From NCBI GenBank assembly GCA_045159875.1, contig CP067995.1, positions 1,472,001-1,536,000 of the forward strand: a stretch of 64,000 bases of DNA, given 5' to 3'. The position numbers and the translations under genes are program-made. This document shows positions 1 through 10,829 of the stretch, in pieces (position 1 is the stretch's first letter; every line of letters starts with the position of its first letter). Below the pieces are notes generated by a model. It was given only the letters and a program-made list of their open reading frames with translations, ran no database searches and was not told where the DNA came from. The DNA comes from a cyanobacterium endosymbiont of Rhopalodia gibba (GTDB taxonomy: Bacteria; Cyanobacteriota; Cyanobacteriia; Cyanobacteriales; Microcystaceae).

Positions 1-1696
1 CTGAACCGAAGAAATAAGCAGCTAATGCCTTGGTTAATTCAGTCTTACCTACTCCAGTAGGTCCAGAAAAGACAAAACTAGCAATGGGACGGTTAGGGTT
101 TTTCAAACCAACTCGCGCTCGGCGAATTGCCCGTGACACCGCTTTAACCGCATCTTCTTGACCGATCAAACGCTGGTGTAGCGTATCTTCCATGTGTAGC
201 AACTTCTCGGATTCAGTTTCCGTCAGTTTATTCACTGGAACTCCAGTCCAAGAGGCGACAATATGGGCGATCTCCTCCGAGTCTACAAATGGGTCATCAC
301 TATCCCCTTCTGCTTTCTTTGCTGAAGAGATTGACCGAATTTCCTCTTTAATTTTCATTTCACGATCACGCAGTTCTCCAGCTTTATCAAAGTCTTGAGC
401 TCGGACTGCATCGTCTTTTTGTTTAAGGATAGAACGAAGCTCTTTATCGAGTTCCTTAGCGGCTGGAGGTAATTGGGAATTAATTAACCTTACCCGCGAT
501 CCTGCCTCATCAATGAGGTCGATCGCTTTATCAGGAAGATAGCGGTCTGAAATATAGCGGTCAGAGAGCTTAGCGGCAGCTTCCAGAGCTTCATCAAGGA
601 TCTTTAACTTATGATGTTGTTCATAACGTTCCCGTAACCCATAGAGAATTTCAATGGTTTCGTCAACAGAAGGTTCACCCACTACAACTGGTTGGAAACG
701 GCGCTCTAGAGCCGCGTCTCGTTCGATATGCTTTCGGTATTCATCGAGAGTGGTAGCCCCGACACATTGTAATTCTCCTCGTGCTAGAGCTGGTTTAAGA
801 ATATTAGCTGCGTCAATTGCCCCTTCAGCTGCCCCTGCACCGATGAGAGTATGTACCTCGTCAATCACTAAAATCACATTTCCAGCCTGACGAATTTCGT
901 CCATAATCTTTTTAAGACGTTCTTCAAATTCTCCACGATATTTAGTTCCGGCTACTAACAAGCCAATATCGAGGGTGACTACTCGTTTATCTTCGAGAAT
1001 ATCAGGAACATCTTTGGTGGCGATACGTTGAGCGAGACCTTCAGCAATTGCGGTTTTTCCTACTCCTGGTTCTCCAATTAAAACAGGATTGTTCTTGGTT
1101 CTACGACCGAGAATTTGGATCACCCGCTCAATTTCTTTATGTCGTCCTACTACGGGATCAAGTTTTCCTTCTCCGGCCATATTGGTCAGATTAGAACCAA
1201 ATTCGTCGAGAGTTGGAGTTTTAGTTCTTCCGGATGGACCTCCACCAGCGGCTACTTCAGCCGTTTCTCCAAGTTGTCGAATCACTTGAGTCCGAACTTT
1301 GGACAAGTCCACTCCTAAATTTTCAAGAACCCTTGCGGCTACCCCTTCTCCTTCACGAATTAACCCTAGGAGGAGGTGTTCGGTTCCAATGTAATTATGT
1401 CCGAGTTGTCGAGCTTCTTCCAATGAGAGTTCAAGAACTCTTTTAGCTCTTGGAGTAAAAGGAATTTCGACGGCGACAAACCCTGAACCACGGCCAATAA
1501 TTTTTTCGACCTCAACGCGAGCGTCTTTGAGGTTGACACCCATAGACTTAAGAACTTTGGCTGCGACTCCAGTTCCTTCACCAATTAGCCCCAGAAGAAT
1601 CTGTTCTGTCCCGACAAAGTTGTGTCCGAGACGGCGAGCCTCTTCTTGAGCTAGCATTATGACCTTGATAGCTTTTTCTGTAAAGCGTTCAAACAT
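1..1696 (-). CDS. clpC: ATP-dependent Clp protease ATP-binding subunit ClpC (3' end runs off the window)
   Basis: Reverse strand from ATG at 1696 reads [37 protein letters not shown]..., with Walker A motifs GEPGVGKT and GPTGVGKT. Not in the ORF track because it is open at the window edge. Confidence 0.97.
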   Translation of the reverse strand, partial: MFERFTEKAIKVIMLAQEEARRLGHNFVGTEQILLGLIGEGTGVAAKVLKSMGVNLKDARVEVEKIIGRGSGFVAVEIPFTPRAKRVLELSLEEARQLGHNYIGTEHLLLGLIREGEGVAARVLENLGVDLSKVRTQVIRQLGETAEVAAGGGPSGRTKTPTLDEFGSNLTNMAGEGKLDPVVGRHKEIERVIQILGRRTKNNPVLIGEPGVGKTAIAEGLAQRIATKDVPDILEDKRVVTLDIGLLVAGTKYRGEFEERLKKIMDEIRQAGNVILVIDEVHTLIGAGAAEGAIDAANILKPALARGELQCVGATTLDEYRKHIERDAALERRFQPVVVGEPSVDETIEILYGLRERYEQHHKLKILDEALEAAAKLSDRYISDRYLPDKAIDLIDEAGSRVRLINSQLPPAAKELDKELRSILKQKDDAVRAQDFDKAGELRDREMKIKEEIRSISSAKKAEGDSDDPFVDSEEIAHIVASWTGVPVNKLTETESEKLLHMEDTLHQRLIGQEDAVKAVSRAIRRARVGLKNPNRPIASFVFSGPTGVGKTELTKALAAYFFGS

Positions 1697-1840
1697 GATT
1701 TATCCGTCCATCACCTGCTGCTTTCCTTTGTAAGCTGATTCTAGCACTCAATATCCTCAGGAATAATCTAAAAACTTCCTTAAATTTTTCTTGCTTATTG
1801 ATTATCTTGATTGCTATTCATTAAAGTTATTATATTGATC

Positions 1841-2419
1841 TTATTTTTCTACCTGTTTATCACCCCTCTCTAACATTAATATTAGCTGCCAATTAGATTG
1901 ACTAAGACGCTCACTGATACGTGACCACCAATGAGACAAATCCTCTCTGAATCGAGGGTGGTTTAAACTCCCTCGCCACAAAATTAAAGCATCCTCTCCG
2001 GTTTTTTGATAATAGCCTTTGCGTCTTCCTGCCAGTTGAAAGCCGATTTTTTTATAGACAGTAAGGGCTGACTGATTGGAAACTTGCACTTCCAGGGTAG
2101 CACGTTCAAGATTACAGTTAGTGGCTTCTTTTAACAAACTGTAAAGCAATAGTTGTCCCAATCCTTGTCCTTGATAGTCGGGGTGAATCATCAATAATAC
2201 AATATGAGCTTCTTCTAAAATTGCCCAAAAGCAACCGCAACCAATAATAGGACCCAATTCTATAGATAAAACCAGTAAGCTACTATTTGGGTTATCTAAT
2301 TCTCTCTGGTAACCTTTTTTTGTCCATAATCCTCCTAAACAAATACGATCTAACTCAACCAATTGAGTCAGTTGGTCATAGTGAGGTGTGTGTAGTAGGA
2401 TAATACGGGAAGAGAACAT
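1841..2419 (-). CDS. rimI: Ribosomal-protein-alanine N-acetyltransferase (GNAT)
   Basis: Motifs EEAHIVLLMIHPDYQGQGLG, ATLEV and AGRRKGYYQKTGEDALILW. Lies upstream of clpC, as is usual in cyanobacteria. Confidence 0.88.
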   Translation of the reverse strand: MFSSRIILLHTPHYDQLTQLVELDRICLGGLWTKKGYQRELDNPNSSLLVLSIELGPIIGCGCFWAILEEAHIVLLMIHPDYQGQGLGQLLLYSLLKEATNCNLERATLEVQVSNQSALTVYKKIGFQLAGRRKGYYQKTGEDALILWRGSLNHPRFREDLSHWWSRISERLSQSNWQLILMLERGDKQVEK

Positions 2420-3734
2420 TTAAGTTATCAATTTAGACTAAATGGTAAATCAAAGTTAAAGGTAGCTGTAATGCAAGATAAAGTGGGTAGGTAAATAGCA
2501 ACTAAGTTACAAGAGTAAAAGTTACAATAGGCTAAACAGTTTTTCAACACTTCTTAGAAAATGAGCTGTTGATATTTAATTGCTTAGAAACTTCTTTGCT
2601 GAGATCTCTTCTCTACATCTTAAATTCTCGTGATATGGGTTTGAAAACCAAGATCAATTCTAATCGACAGTATAAGTTAACCGAGTCAATTAAATTTAAA
2701 ATAAAGAATAAACAAAAATTTGAGCAGATTACAAAGAAAGTTATCTAAGTTAAATTTGGTAAAATCTTTATCAATCCAACAGAGACAAAAAAAATAATAA
2801 AAATGTTATCTATATACTTTTTATTAAGTTAGATAATACTTCTTAAGGAATTGCCTTAAATATACATCATCTGGATGTAGTAGATAATTTCTGTCAAGTT
2901 AAATAACTCAAAATTCTTCAATAGTAATTAAATATGTGTCATCTATTTGCTAACTGTAAAATTAGTATGCAATTATCACGGACTTTAGAGTACAGATTAA
3001 AACTCTATTAAAGACTCAGCTATCAAATCAATTAAGATGAAGTTTCTTGAGATTGATTAATCTGTAAAAGTAGTTTTGTATAAACAATTAGTTCAATTAA
3101 TTATAGCTTCTTTAAAGAAAGTATTTCTTATCAAATATTTTAAATTTGGAGTCAGTCAATCCACGTTTTTTTTTAAAATATTAAAAATTAAGTTAAAGCT
3201 GGCTTATAAGTTAAGAGCATGATAGGACGAATACACAATTTTTTTAAATTAGATCGAGGAGTTTTGATTAGTCAATCTAACTTGAGAGTAAATTATTAAT
3301 TCTTTCTGACAGAAATATCTCATATTCGTTAGTTAACATCAACTTATTAATTAGTAAATAATCTAATAATATTAATTACTAAAATATGGATAATGCAATA
3401 TAATTTGAGGACTTATTTATCTGAATTTTATTAGCTTTATCTATAAAATACTTATAATAATGGAGCTCGAAGTTTTTAGTTTCAAAGTATCAAAGCTCAA
3501 AAATATATAACTACTAATTTATAAGAAATAATTAAGTGATCAATAAATATAAAAAAATTTAATTAGATTAGTATGATTGAATTTGTATTTTTATCCACAA
3601 AACTATACTAAGTTTTAAACCTTAATTGTTTAAAATTAACGATTTTATATTTTTTTACAAAATATGAATGTTAATAATGTAAACATTATTTTTACAGTAA
3701 AAAACTCTAAATAAATCACTACTTTATATACAAA

Positions 3735-3844
3735 ATACAGCTTACTTATTATCCAACAGTAGGAGAACTTTTACTAATATCAAAGGCAACACCTCATATT
3801 TCTGCTACAACAGCTCGCACCGATCTTCCTTGAAGTTGTTGAAT
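3735..3844 (-). pseudogene. rfbC: Fragment of dTDP-4-dehydrorhamnose 3,5-epimerase
   Basis: Minus strand reads IQQLQGRSVRAVVAEI*GVAFDISKSSPTVG**VSCIL, matching the RfbC core Q-G-K-L-V-R...D-V-A-V-D-I-R-K-S-S-P-T-F-G-Q-W, with in-frame stops. Boundaries approximate. Confidence 0.75.
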
Positions 3845-3941
3845 TAAATTTAGCTTAATCCTAGCTTCTTAAATAAACTTTTCTTAATTGAAACTTTCAT
3901 ACAAAAACTTTGATTATCAACAAAAGTAAAATGTTTAATAG

Positions 3942-4595
3942 TTAAACCATTAAGGTCATCCAATTTTGTAACTCATCCCAACCTAATCCTTGTCGAACAA
4001 CTACAGGATTATCATAAGTCATATCTAAAATAGTAGATACTTCAAATCCCGATTCTAATCCATTATCAATAATTAAATCCACTTGACTATCTAAGATTTC
4101 AAAAAGTTTCGCTTTTTCCAATACAATGCTTGGAAACTCTTTTTTTTGATTGAGTGAATGGACAGAACTAGACGCAATAGGATTATCTAAACTTTCTAAA
4201 ATCATTTGACAGATATTACTGTTAGGAACTCTGATTCCTATGTCTTTTTGTTTGGGATTTATCACTAATTTAGAGACTAATTTTGTCCCTGGAAGCAAAA
4301 AAGTATAAGGGCCGGGAATAACACGCTTCATTATCCGATAGGCTTTATTCGAGACAAAAGCATAATCAGCGATCTTAGACAAGGAAGAACAAAGGCAGGT
4401 TAGACATTCATTGTTAAACAATTGTCTTAATTGCTTAACTCGTTGGACAGCTAATTTGTGATTGATATCACAACCGATAGCATAAACCGTATCAGTAGGA
4501 TATAACATAACTGCTCCTTGTTTCAGGTCTTTCACAATTACTTCAATAATACGAGATTGGGGATTATTAGGATGAAGATTGTATAGTTTAGCCAT
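3942..4595 (-). CDS. Sua5/YciO/YrdC family protein (threonylcarbamoyl-AMP synthase-like)
   Basis: Motifs YPTDTVYAIGC, PGPYTFLL, GIRVP and STILD. Confidence 0.85.
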   Translation of the reverse strand: MAKLYNLHPNNPQSRIIEVIVKDLKQGAVMLYPTDTVYAIGCDINHKLAVQRVKQLRQLFNNECLTCLCSSLSKIADYAFVSNKAYRIMKRVIPGPYTFLLPGTKLVSKLVINPKQKDIGIRVPNSNICQMILESLDNPIASSSVHSLNQKKEFPSIVLEKAKLFEILDSQVDLIIDNGLESGFEVSTILDMTYDNPVVVRQGLGWDELQNWMTLMV

Positions 4596-4695
4596 TTTAA
4601 AAATTAAGGATAAAATTTTATTTTAAGTATTAAAATAAATTCAAGATAATGATAATGACGTTTTTTTACTAAATAACAGAAAATCTAGCAAAATT

Positions 4696-5925
4696 ATGAA
4701 AAAAATAGGGTATTTAGACTGTCCAACAGGAATTGCTGGAGATATGTGCTTGGGAGCATTAGTTGACAGTGGTGTTCCTTTAAAATATCTAATAGAAAAC
4801 CTCCAAAAATTAGGTATTGAAACAGAATATTGTTTGTGGAAAGAACAGGTACACCGTCAAGGACAATTAGCTACCAAGGTTCATGTTGACTTATTGAGAG
4901 ATAATCAGTCAACTGAGCATCATCATAGTCATGATTATTGTGTCCGCCATCTACCTGAAATTGAATTAATGATTAAACGAGCTAATTTATCCTCCCAGGT
5001 AACTCAATGGAGTCTGGATATATTCCGTCAATTAACTATAGCAGAAGGGGCTGTACATGGAGTAGACCCCGAAAAAGTACACCTTCATGAAGTGGGAGCT
5101 ACTGATGCCATTGTGGACATTGTAGGAACTTGTTTAGGATTAGATTGGTTAGGGATCGAATCTTTATATTGTTCACCTATGCCGACAGGTGGGGGGATAG
5201 TTTGGGCAGCCCACGGATGTTTGCCAGTTCCTGTTCCAGCTGTAATTAAATTATGGGAATTCCATCAAGTTCCTATTTATAGCAATAATATTAATAGAGA
5301 ATTAGTAACACCTACAGGAGCAGCTATTGCGGTTACTTTAGTAACAAGGTTTGGCTCTCTTCCCCCAATGAGATTACAAAAAGTTGGCTTAGGGGCAGGT
5401 TCACAGGAATTAGCTATTCCAAATATTTTAAAGTTATGGATAGGAGAATCTCCTAGCGAAGATACTATTAATAGTTCGGAAAAAATTGCTGTATTAGAAA
5501 CTCAGATTGATGATCTTAACCCTCAGGTAATTACTTACCTTTTCGAAAAGTTATTTTTAATAGGAGCTATGGATGTATTCACACAAGCTATTGGAATGAA
5601 AAAGTCTCGCCCAGGAATTTTATTAACCGTAATATGTCCTTTAGATAAAATGGTAGATTGTAAAAAGATTATTTTTCAAGAAACTACCACATTGGGAATA
5701 CGTCATCTTATTCAAGATCGCTCTATATTAAACCGAGAAATTCAGGAAATAAATACAGATTATGGTACAATTAAAGTAAAAATTGCTAGTCAGGAAGTAA
5801 ATGGACAGAAAATAATTATTAATGTTCAACCGGAATATGAAGACTGCGTAGTTTTAGCTAGAAAAATCAATCAACCATTACGAACTGTTCAACAGATGAT
5901 TTTAAATATTTGGCATAGTAAATAG
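4696..5925 (+). CDS. larC: Nickel pincer cofactor biosynthesis protein LarC
   Basis: YLDCPTGIAGDMCLGAL, His-rich EHHHSHD, HEVGATDAIVDIVG, ELVTPTGAAI, ETQIDD, MKKSRPG, ETTTLGIR and PEYEDC. Confidence 0.92.
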   Translation: MKKIGYLDCPTGIAGDMCLGALVDSGVPLKYLIENLQKLGIETEYCLWKEQVHRQGQLATKVHVDLLRDNQSTEHHHSHDYCVRHLPEIELMIKRANLSSQVTQWSLDIFRQLTIAEGAVHGVDPEKVHLHEVGATDAIVDIVGTCLGLDWLGIESLYCSPMPTGGGIVWAAHGCLPVPVPAVIKLWEFHQVPIYSNNINRELVTPTGAAIAVTLVTRFGSLPPMRLQKVGLGAGSQELAIPNILKLWIGESPSEDTINSSEKIAVLETQIDDLNPQVITYLFEKLFLIGAMDVFTQAIGMKKSRPGILLTVICPLDKMVDCKKIIFQETTTLGIRHLIQDRSILNREIQEINTDYGTIKVKIASQEVNGQKIIINVQPEYEDCVVLARKINQPLRTVQQMILNIWHSK

Positions 5926-6016
5926 AGAAAATATAGAGAATATAAATAATAATTTAACGTTTATCTTTTACTATTAAAATAACCTTTTTAAAGTATATTT
6001 CAAAGAAAATTTTTAT

Positions 6017-6934
6017 ATGAAAATGGCTGTTGCTTTCCTTAAAATTTACTTAAAATGGTTCATTTCTGGAATGACTCTATTGTTCATAGTAAATACTTTT
6101 ATAAATAATTGGAGTACTATCCTAACAGTAACTCTTAACAATCAAAGTTGTTATCTATTGATATTAGCTTTTTTGGTTACTTTTTTTTCTCATATTTGGT
6201 CTGCATTAGTCTGGGTTAAAATCCTAAAAACACTTAAACAGCCAATGACAAAAAAATGGGGATTAAAAGTTTATCTGACTACCAATATTTCTAAATATAT
6301 TCCTGGAAATATAGGACATTTTTATGGACGTATTTTTGCAATTTCTCAACAAGGAGTTTCTTTAAAAATTGCTAGCTTTAGCGTATTATTAGAACCATTA
6401 CTTATGGCTAATTCAGCTTTAATAATCACTTTATTGAGTCATTGTATTGGGGTTTATAAAACTGCTTATAACCATTGGTTATTTATTATGCAAATAATAA
6501 TCTTATTCATCGGATTGTCAATAATTCACCCTTTTATAATTAATAAAATATTTATTTTTAAAAAAAAAATTAAACAAGAAAATATTCAAAATAATATACA
6601 TTTAAAGCAATATCCAAAGACTATTTTATTAGGAGAGATAGTCTTTGTATTATTAAGAACATTAGGATTTATTTTGACTTGGATAGCATTTATTCCAATA
6701 TCAATTTTTCAAATTCCTTTATTATTAAATGCTTTTAGTTTCGCCTGGCTATTAGGATTAGTAATTCCTGGTGCTCCTAGTGGTATAGGGGTATTTGAAG
6801 CCACAATCATTTTTTTACTAAGAACAGAAAATTTTCCCATTCAAATAGTTCTTAGTACCATTGCTATCTTTCGATTAATTAGTATTTTAGCCGAAGTTAC
6901 AGGAGCAGGATTAGGGCTATTGATAAAAGAGTAA
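6017..6934 (+). CDS. Lysylphosphatidylglycerol synthase TM-domain (UPF0104) membrane protein
   Basis: Multi-pass hydrophobic ORF with TNISKYIPGNIGHFYGR and PGAPSGIGVFEA. Confidence 0.75.
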   Translation: MKMAVAFLKIYLKWFISGMTLLFIVNTFINNWSTILTVTLNNQSCYLLILAFLVTFFSHIWSALVWVKILKTLKQPMTKKWGLKVYLTTNISKYIPGNIGHFYGRIFAISQQGVSLKIASFSVLLEPLLMANSALIITLLSHCIGVYKTAYNHWLFIMQIIILFIGLSIIHPFIINKIFIFKKKIKQENIQNNIHLKQYPKTILLGEIVFVLLRTLGFILTWIAFIPISIFQIPLLLNAFSFAWLLGLVIPGAPSGIGVFEATIIFLLRTENFPIQIVLSTIAIFRLISILAEVTGAGLGLLIKE

Positions 6935-7429
6935 CTCAATAAAACACTTGTATAAATTTTAAACAAGTAAATCTTAAAATAGAGAGTTTTATTAAAATCA
7001 ATAAATTAAGAAATTTTTTATTATTCATATTTAAATTTTATTATCTAAAAACAGTAAAAAGTAACTGTTCAGTTAAATAGAACCACTACGTAGTTTTGTC
7101 TGTTTTTTAGAGTGAAGATAGTCAGTAAAATGATTAAAATTAATTTGGCTTTTGTCCAATTAATGATACTTAAACTATTAAAATTTTATAAATGAAAAAT
7201 TTTAACTCTTTTTCTTAACTATCTTGTTGCAGTAATAGCGATTCTCTATTCTTTGTTTCTGACGTCAATTTTCAAGGATTACTAATTACGTAGGTTCTGT
7301 ATGAATGACACTCGGCTAACTGTCCTCTACTTTTGAGACATTAATTCGTAAGACCGATTAAAGTGAAGCTGAAACTAACTCTAGTTATAGAAAATCATTT
7401 TTTAAAAAAGTTGTATTTTGCTTAATTTT

Positions 7430-8140
7430 ATGAATTCATCTACTTTATCTAGTAACTCCGTTGAATCGTCCATTAATCCCTGGTTAGTTAAGTTGGTATA
7501 TCATCTAGGATGTTGGTTAGTATTGCCTTCATTTTTTGGTCGAATTATGATTACTGGACAAGAAAATATTCCAATAACTGGGCCGACAATTGTTGCCCCA
7601 ACCCATCGTTCCCGATGGGATGCTTTGATTATCCCTAAAGCTGTAGGAAGACTTATCAGTAGCCGAGACGTACGGTTTATGGTAACATCAACCGAAATGA
7701 CGGGAATTCAAGGCTGCCTAATTCACCATTTAGGAGGATTTCCTATTGATGTTAAACGTCCAGGGTTAAGCAGTTTGGAACATAGTGTTGCGCTCCTGAA
7801 AGCAGGAGAAATGTTAGTTATTTTCCCAGAAGGAGGAATTTTTCGAGATAATAAAGTTCATCCTCTTAAGCGAGGAGTCGCCCGTATTGCTCTAGAAGTA
7901 GAATCCGAAAAACCAGGATCTCAAATCAAAATTCTTCCTGTTGGGATTCGATATATTCAACCTTATCCTAGTTGGGGAACCGATGTGACGGTGACTATTG
8001 GAAAACCTATAGAGGTGGCTAAATATTCTTCGAAAAAAATAAAAAGCAGTTCTGAAAAGCTAACTGATGATTTAGAAACAATTCTCAGGGAATTATATCA
8101 AAAACAAGACCCTTCAGAATCAGTGGCAATTGCTTCTTAA
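7430..8140 (+). CDS. plsC: 1-acyl-sn-glycerol-3-phosphate acyltransferase
   Basis: HxxxxD motif (PTHRSRWD) and FPEGG. ATG at 7430 preferred over TTG at 7418. Confidence 0.85.
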   Translation: MNSSTLSSNSVESSINPWLVKLVYHLGCWLVLPSFFGRIMITGQENIPITGPTIVAPTHRSRWDALIIPKAVGRLISSRDVRFMVTSTEMTGIQGCLIHHLGGFPIDVKRPGLSSLEHSVALLKAGEMLVIFPEGGIFRDNKVHPLKRGVARIALEVESEKPGSQIKILPVGIRYIQPYPSWGTDVTVTIGKPIEVAKYSSKKIKSSSEKLTDDLETILRELYQKQDPSESVAIAS

Positions 8141-8599
8141 ATTAAGATTATTTTTCTCGTAAAAAGATCTGATTTATTGAACATGATGATGTCAAGACTT
8201 ACAAAAGTAAATAGCACTATAATGACAATTAGTCATGTTGTCATTTGATTATTTGAGCAATACTTCAATAGTTTTTTATTTTTTCTAAAAGTTGTCCAAA
8301 AATTAAGTTTTTAAGACTAGATAGTTTCATACAGCCGATTTAAATGTGTTTTTACTATCGATAGCGATTAAAAAAAAATCATTACGCCCTTGAATTGAGC
8401 TATGCAAAAGTCAAGGGTAAGATGCTAACAGAATAGATATAGTGTGCCCATCAAATAGATCTACACTGCATACGTTATCTGTGTTGGCAAGTTGATGGAT
8501 GACAAAGTTTTTAATTCAGTTTGATTGTCAAAAAAGTTATTCTAGTTTTCTAGCTTATCATTACTTATGTACGTACAAGTGGTTTAGTTTAACCTAAAT

Positions 8600-8805
8600 T
8601 AAAATAATAAAAAGAATTCTATTGATTTTTTATCACTATTCAGAATGCGGAACTAAATATAGAAGGAGAATGGCATGAAATAAAAGCTCATAAAAAATTG
8701 TCTAAAGAACATTTAAAGGAGAATATGATTAAGCTAAGGCGGTTATATGAAGTCTTGCTTGAAAGAGTTGTTATAAACAATTTAAATTAAAACAATATAA
8801 ATTGT
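8600..8805 (+). mobile_element. IS630-family transposase C-terminal relic
   Basis: Frameshifted pieces ELNIEGEWHEIKAH and RTFKGEYD*AKAVI resemble the cyanobacterial IS630 motif N-x-IE-x-EWHQLK-x-HE...FxxEYDLA. Boundaries approximate. Confidence 0.6.
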
Positions 8806-9166
8806 ACTTTAATTACTTAAATATAGAGGTACATAATAATTTACTTTTTTAACTTTTATTTATAGTTATATACTTGAATACTTGGTTATTTTATCGGCAG
8901 CTATATTTTTATTTATAGATACTTTCTAGAAAATAAAATTATGTTTAGTGAGATTTAAAAGTTTATTAAGTTTGTTAATCCTCAACAGAGAAAAACAGCA
9001 ATAGATCGTAGCATAGCAGTTTTAATAAACAAGATATAAATTATGGATGGCTTCAACTGCATATATTTTGTTAATCTCAGAAATAAAACACAAATGATAC
9101 AAACGAAAGAATCCTTCCCCTAGTTTTTTGAATATATTTTTGAAATCAAAGCAAGGCTACAGATAC

Positions 9167-9209
9167 AATAATTTAGTTTACAGTATTAAATACTGTAAAC
9201 TAAATTATT
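9167..9209. repeat. Perfect inverted repeat, 21-bp arms, 1-nt centre
   Basis: aataatttagtttacagtatt-a-aatactgtaaactaaattatt. Confidence 0.95.
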
Positions 9210-9654
9210 CCTTAGTTATAATTTTAATCTGCATCAACTTTATCCGACAAGGTAGATACTGGAATTATATGTATTGATTGTGGACAAAAATTAATTAATC
9301 GTAATTTTTCTCTATCTTTTTTGAAAGATAAAATTTTTACTTAATGTAATAAAAAAAACTATAGAGTATAAATTCTAAATTTCAGAATTATCAATCAATA
9401 TTTTAACTTAATAAAAAATTAACTTATATATAAACGAATAAGCAAAATGCATCTCGGTGTTGATTTAACTAGTTTTCATTCAAAATTTGTATCTTTGCTA
9501 TATTTTTTATCCATATAAAAATAACAGATTGTAACTATTTACCTTGACATTAACTGCTATCAGATAAATATTGTCTACTACCCGACTAATAACTTATCTA
9601 TAAACTATCAATTCCAAACTAATATTTATTTGGACACTAGTCATTCTTGAAAGC

Positions 9655-9700
9655 TAATTCATCAAAAGGATTTAGTTAACTAAATCCTTTTGATGAATTA
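9655..9700. repeat. Perfect 46-bp palindrome with no spacer
   Basis: taattcatcaaaaggatttagtt|aactaaatccttttgatgaatta. Confidence 0.95.
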
Positions 9701-9857
9701 TATAGTTCAGGAGTAGTTACGGCTGAAAGACCAATGACTATATTATAGGATACATCGCCAATCTAAGATAGTCTCTTAAGTTAATAACAGAGAGAAGAGG
9801 ATAAACAATAAGAGAGTAAATCCTTAATTAATACTTTAAATAAAGTAGTAGTAATCA

Positions 9858-9905
9858 AGACAATGAAACCAAATTAACAACGTTATTCATTTGGTTTCAT
9901 TGTCT
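9858..9905. repeat. Inverted repeat, 17-bp perfect arms
   Basis: agacaatgaaaccaaat-N14-atttggtttcattgtct. Confidence 0.9.
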
Positions 9906-10140
9906 ATTTATAAAAAAATATTGATACAAAAGTGGAACTATAAGCAGTACTTAGATACCACTTTTCCCCAACTATTAAGTCGAATTTACTCTTTGTTTAA
10001 TCGTTCATTGAAAAACAAAACAGACAAATTATAGTTAGTCTCAGTGGATTTTGCCGCATAAGATTTAAATTAATTTTTGAGTTATCTCTCCTTTATAGAG
10101 CAAAAGTTTGCCACGAAGGGATCATCCCAAAATTACCGAT

Positions 10141-10518
10141 TTATTCACTTCCAATTTTTCCATCTCCATCTACTCCCACTTCTTGGTTATAAGACCTCAT
10201 TTCATGGCTATTTTCTCCGTAAATCCCTGTGATTTGTTGCTGACAACATTTGATGGCAAAATCATTAAACTCTATTCTCCCAACCTTATACATTTTCTCG
10301 AATGTTCTTGGTGTTACCCGACAGAAATCGGGGCGGTTTTGATAAATACGACACTTACGGGTGTCATGATCAAAGTTAATACACCACCCTTCCTTTCCCA
10401 CTAAACTGAAGTAATGAGTTATTTCTTCTAGGGTCAAATAATCTTTTAAGTCCGGACGATCTACCGGATCAAGATTGCAACAAGCTCCACATTCTGTTAC
10501 ACATTGCCAAGTCGCCAT
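10141..10518 (-). CDS. YkgJ family cysteine cluster protein
   Basis: WQCVTECGACC, GWCINFD, CRIYQNRPDFCRV and CC. Divergent from psb30, the usual cyanobacterial arrangement. Confidence 0.85.
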   Translation of the reverse strand: MATWQCVTECGACCNLDPVDRPDLKDYLTLEEITHYFSLVGKEGWCINFDHDTRKCRIYQNRPDFCRVTPRTFEKMYKVGRIEFNDFAIKCCQQQITGIYGENSHEMRSYNQEVGVDGDGKIGSE

Positions 10519-10667
10519 AATTTAAAGAACCTTATCTTAACTTTATAAGAAGATTTTATGTATTTTTACTGAAAAAGACTGAAGCATTTCTAGACATTAT
10601 AAGCTATGGGTTTTCTTTATCTTTACTCTTCAAACTCAACTTATAACAGAAATGTTGAAGAGAAAAC

Positions 10668-10780
10668 ATAAAATTGTCAACAGCCTTAAATCTATAATTG
10701 ATTTTTTAATTAATTTTTGTAGCCTCAATTATAATCTTAGGTCCTATAGTTATATTTTTGTAGGCGGTTACTCTCTATCT
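10668..10780 (+). pseudogene. psb30: Photosystem II reaction centre protein Psb30/Ycf12 pseudogene
   Basis: One frame reads IKLSTALNL*LIF*LIFVASIIILGPIVIFL*, colinear with Psb30 (MELLAALNLEPIFQLTF..LIVLAGP.V.F.L...). Start codon decayed to ATA; stops at 10695, 10707 and 10761. Confidence 0.85.
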
Positions 10781-10829
10781 TCTATAGTCTCCTTGTTACA
10801 ATAACCTATAAGTTCTGTCAGTTTCTATT

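Noticed and set aside
192..1584. Several short ORFs in the track
   Set aside because: Antisense or alternative-frame shadows of clpC.
4645..4663. Fur-box-like GATAATGATAATGACGTTT between the yciO-like gene and larC (similar word near 28165)
   Set aside because: Partial match in very AT-rich DNA; not distinguishable from chance without conservation data.
9167..9905. Palindrome cluster as a CRISPR array or MITE family
   Set aside because: The units are not copies of one another, spacing is irregular, and no cas genes are present.
10108..10404. 98-aa plus-strand ORF
   Set aside because: Antisense to the YkgJ gene, with no motif.
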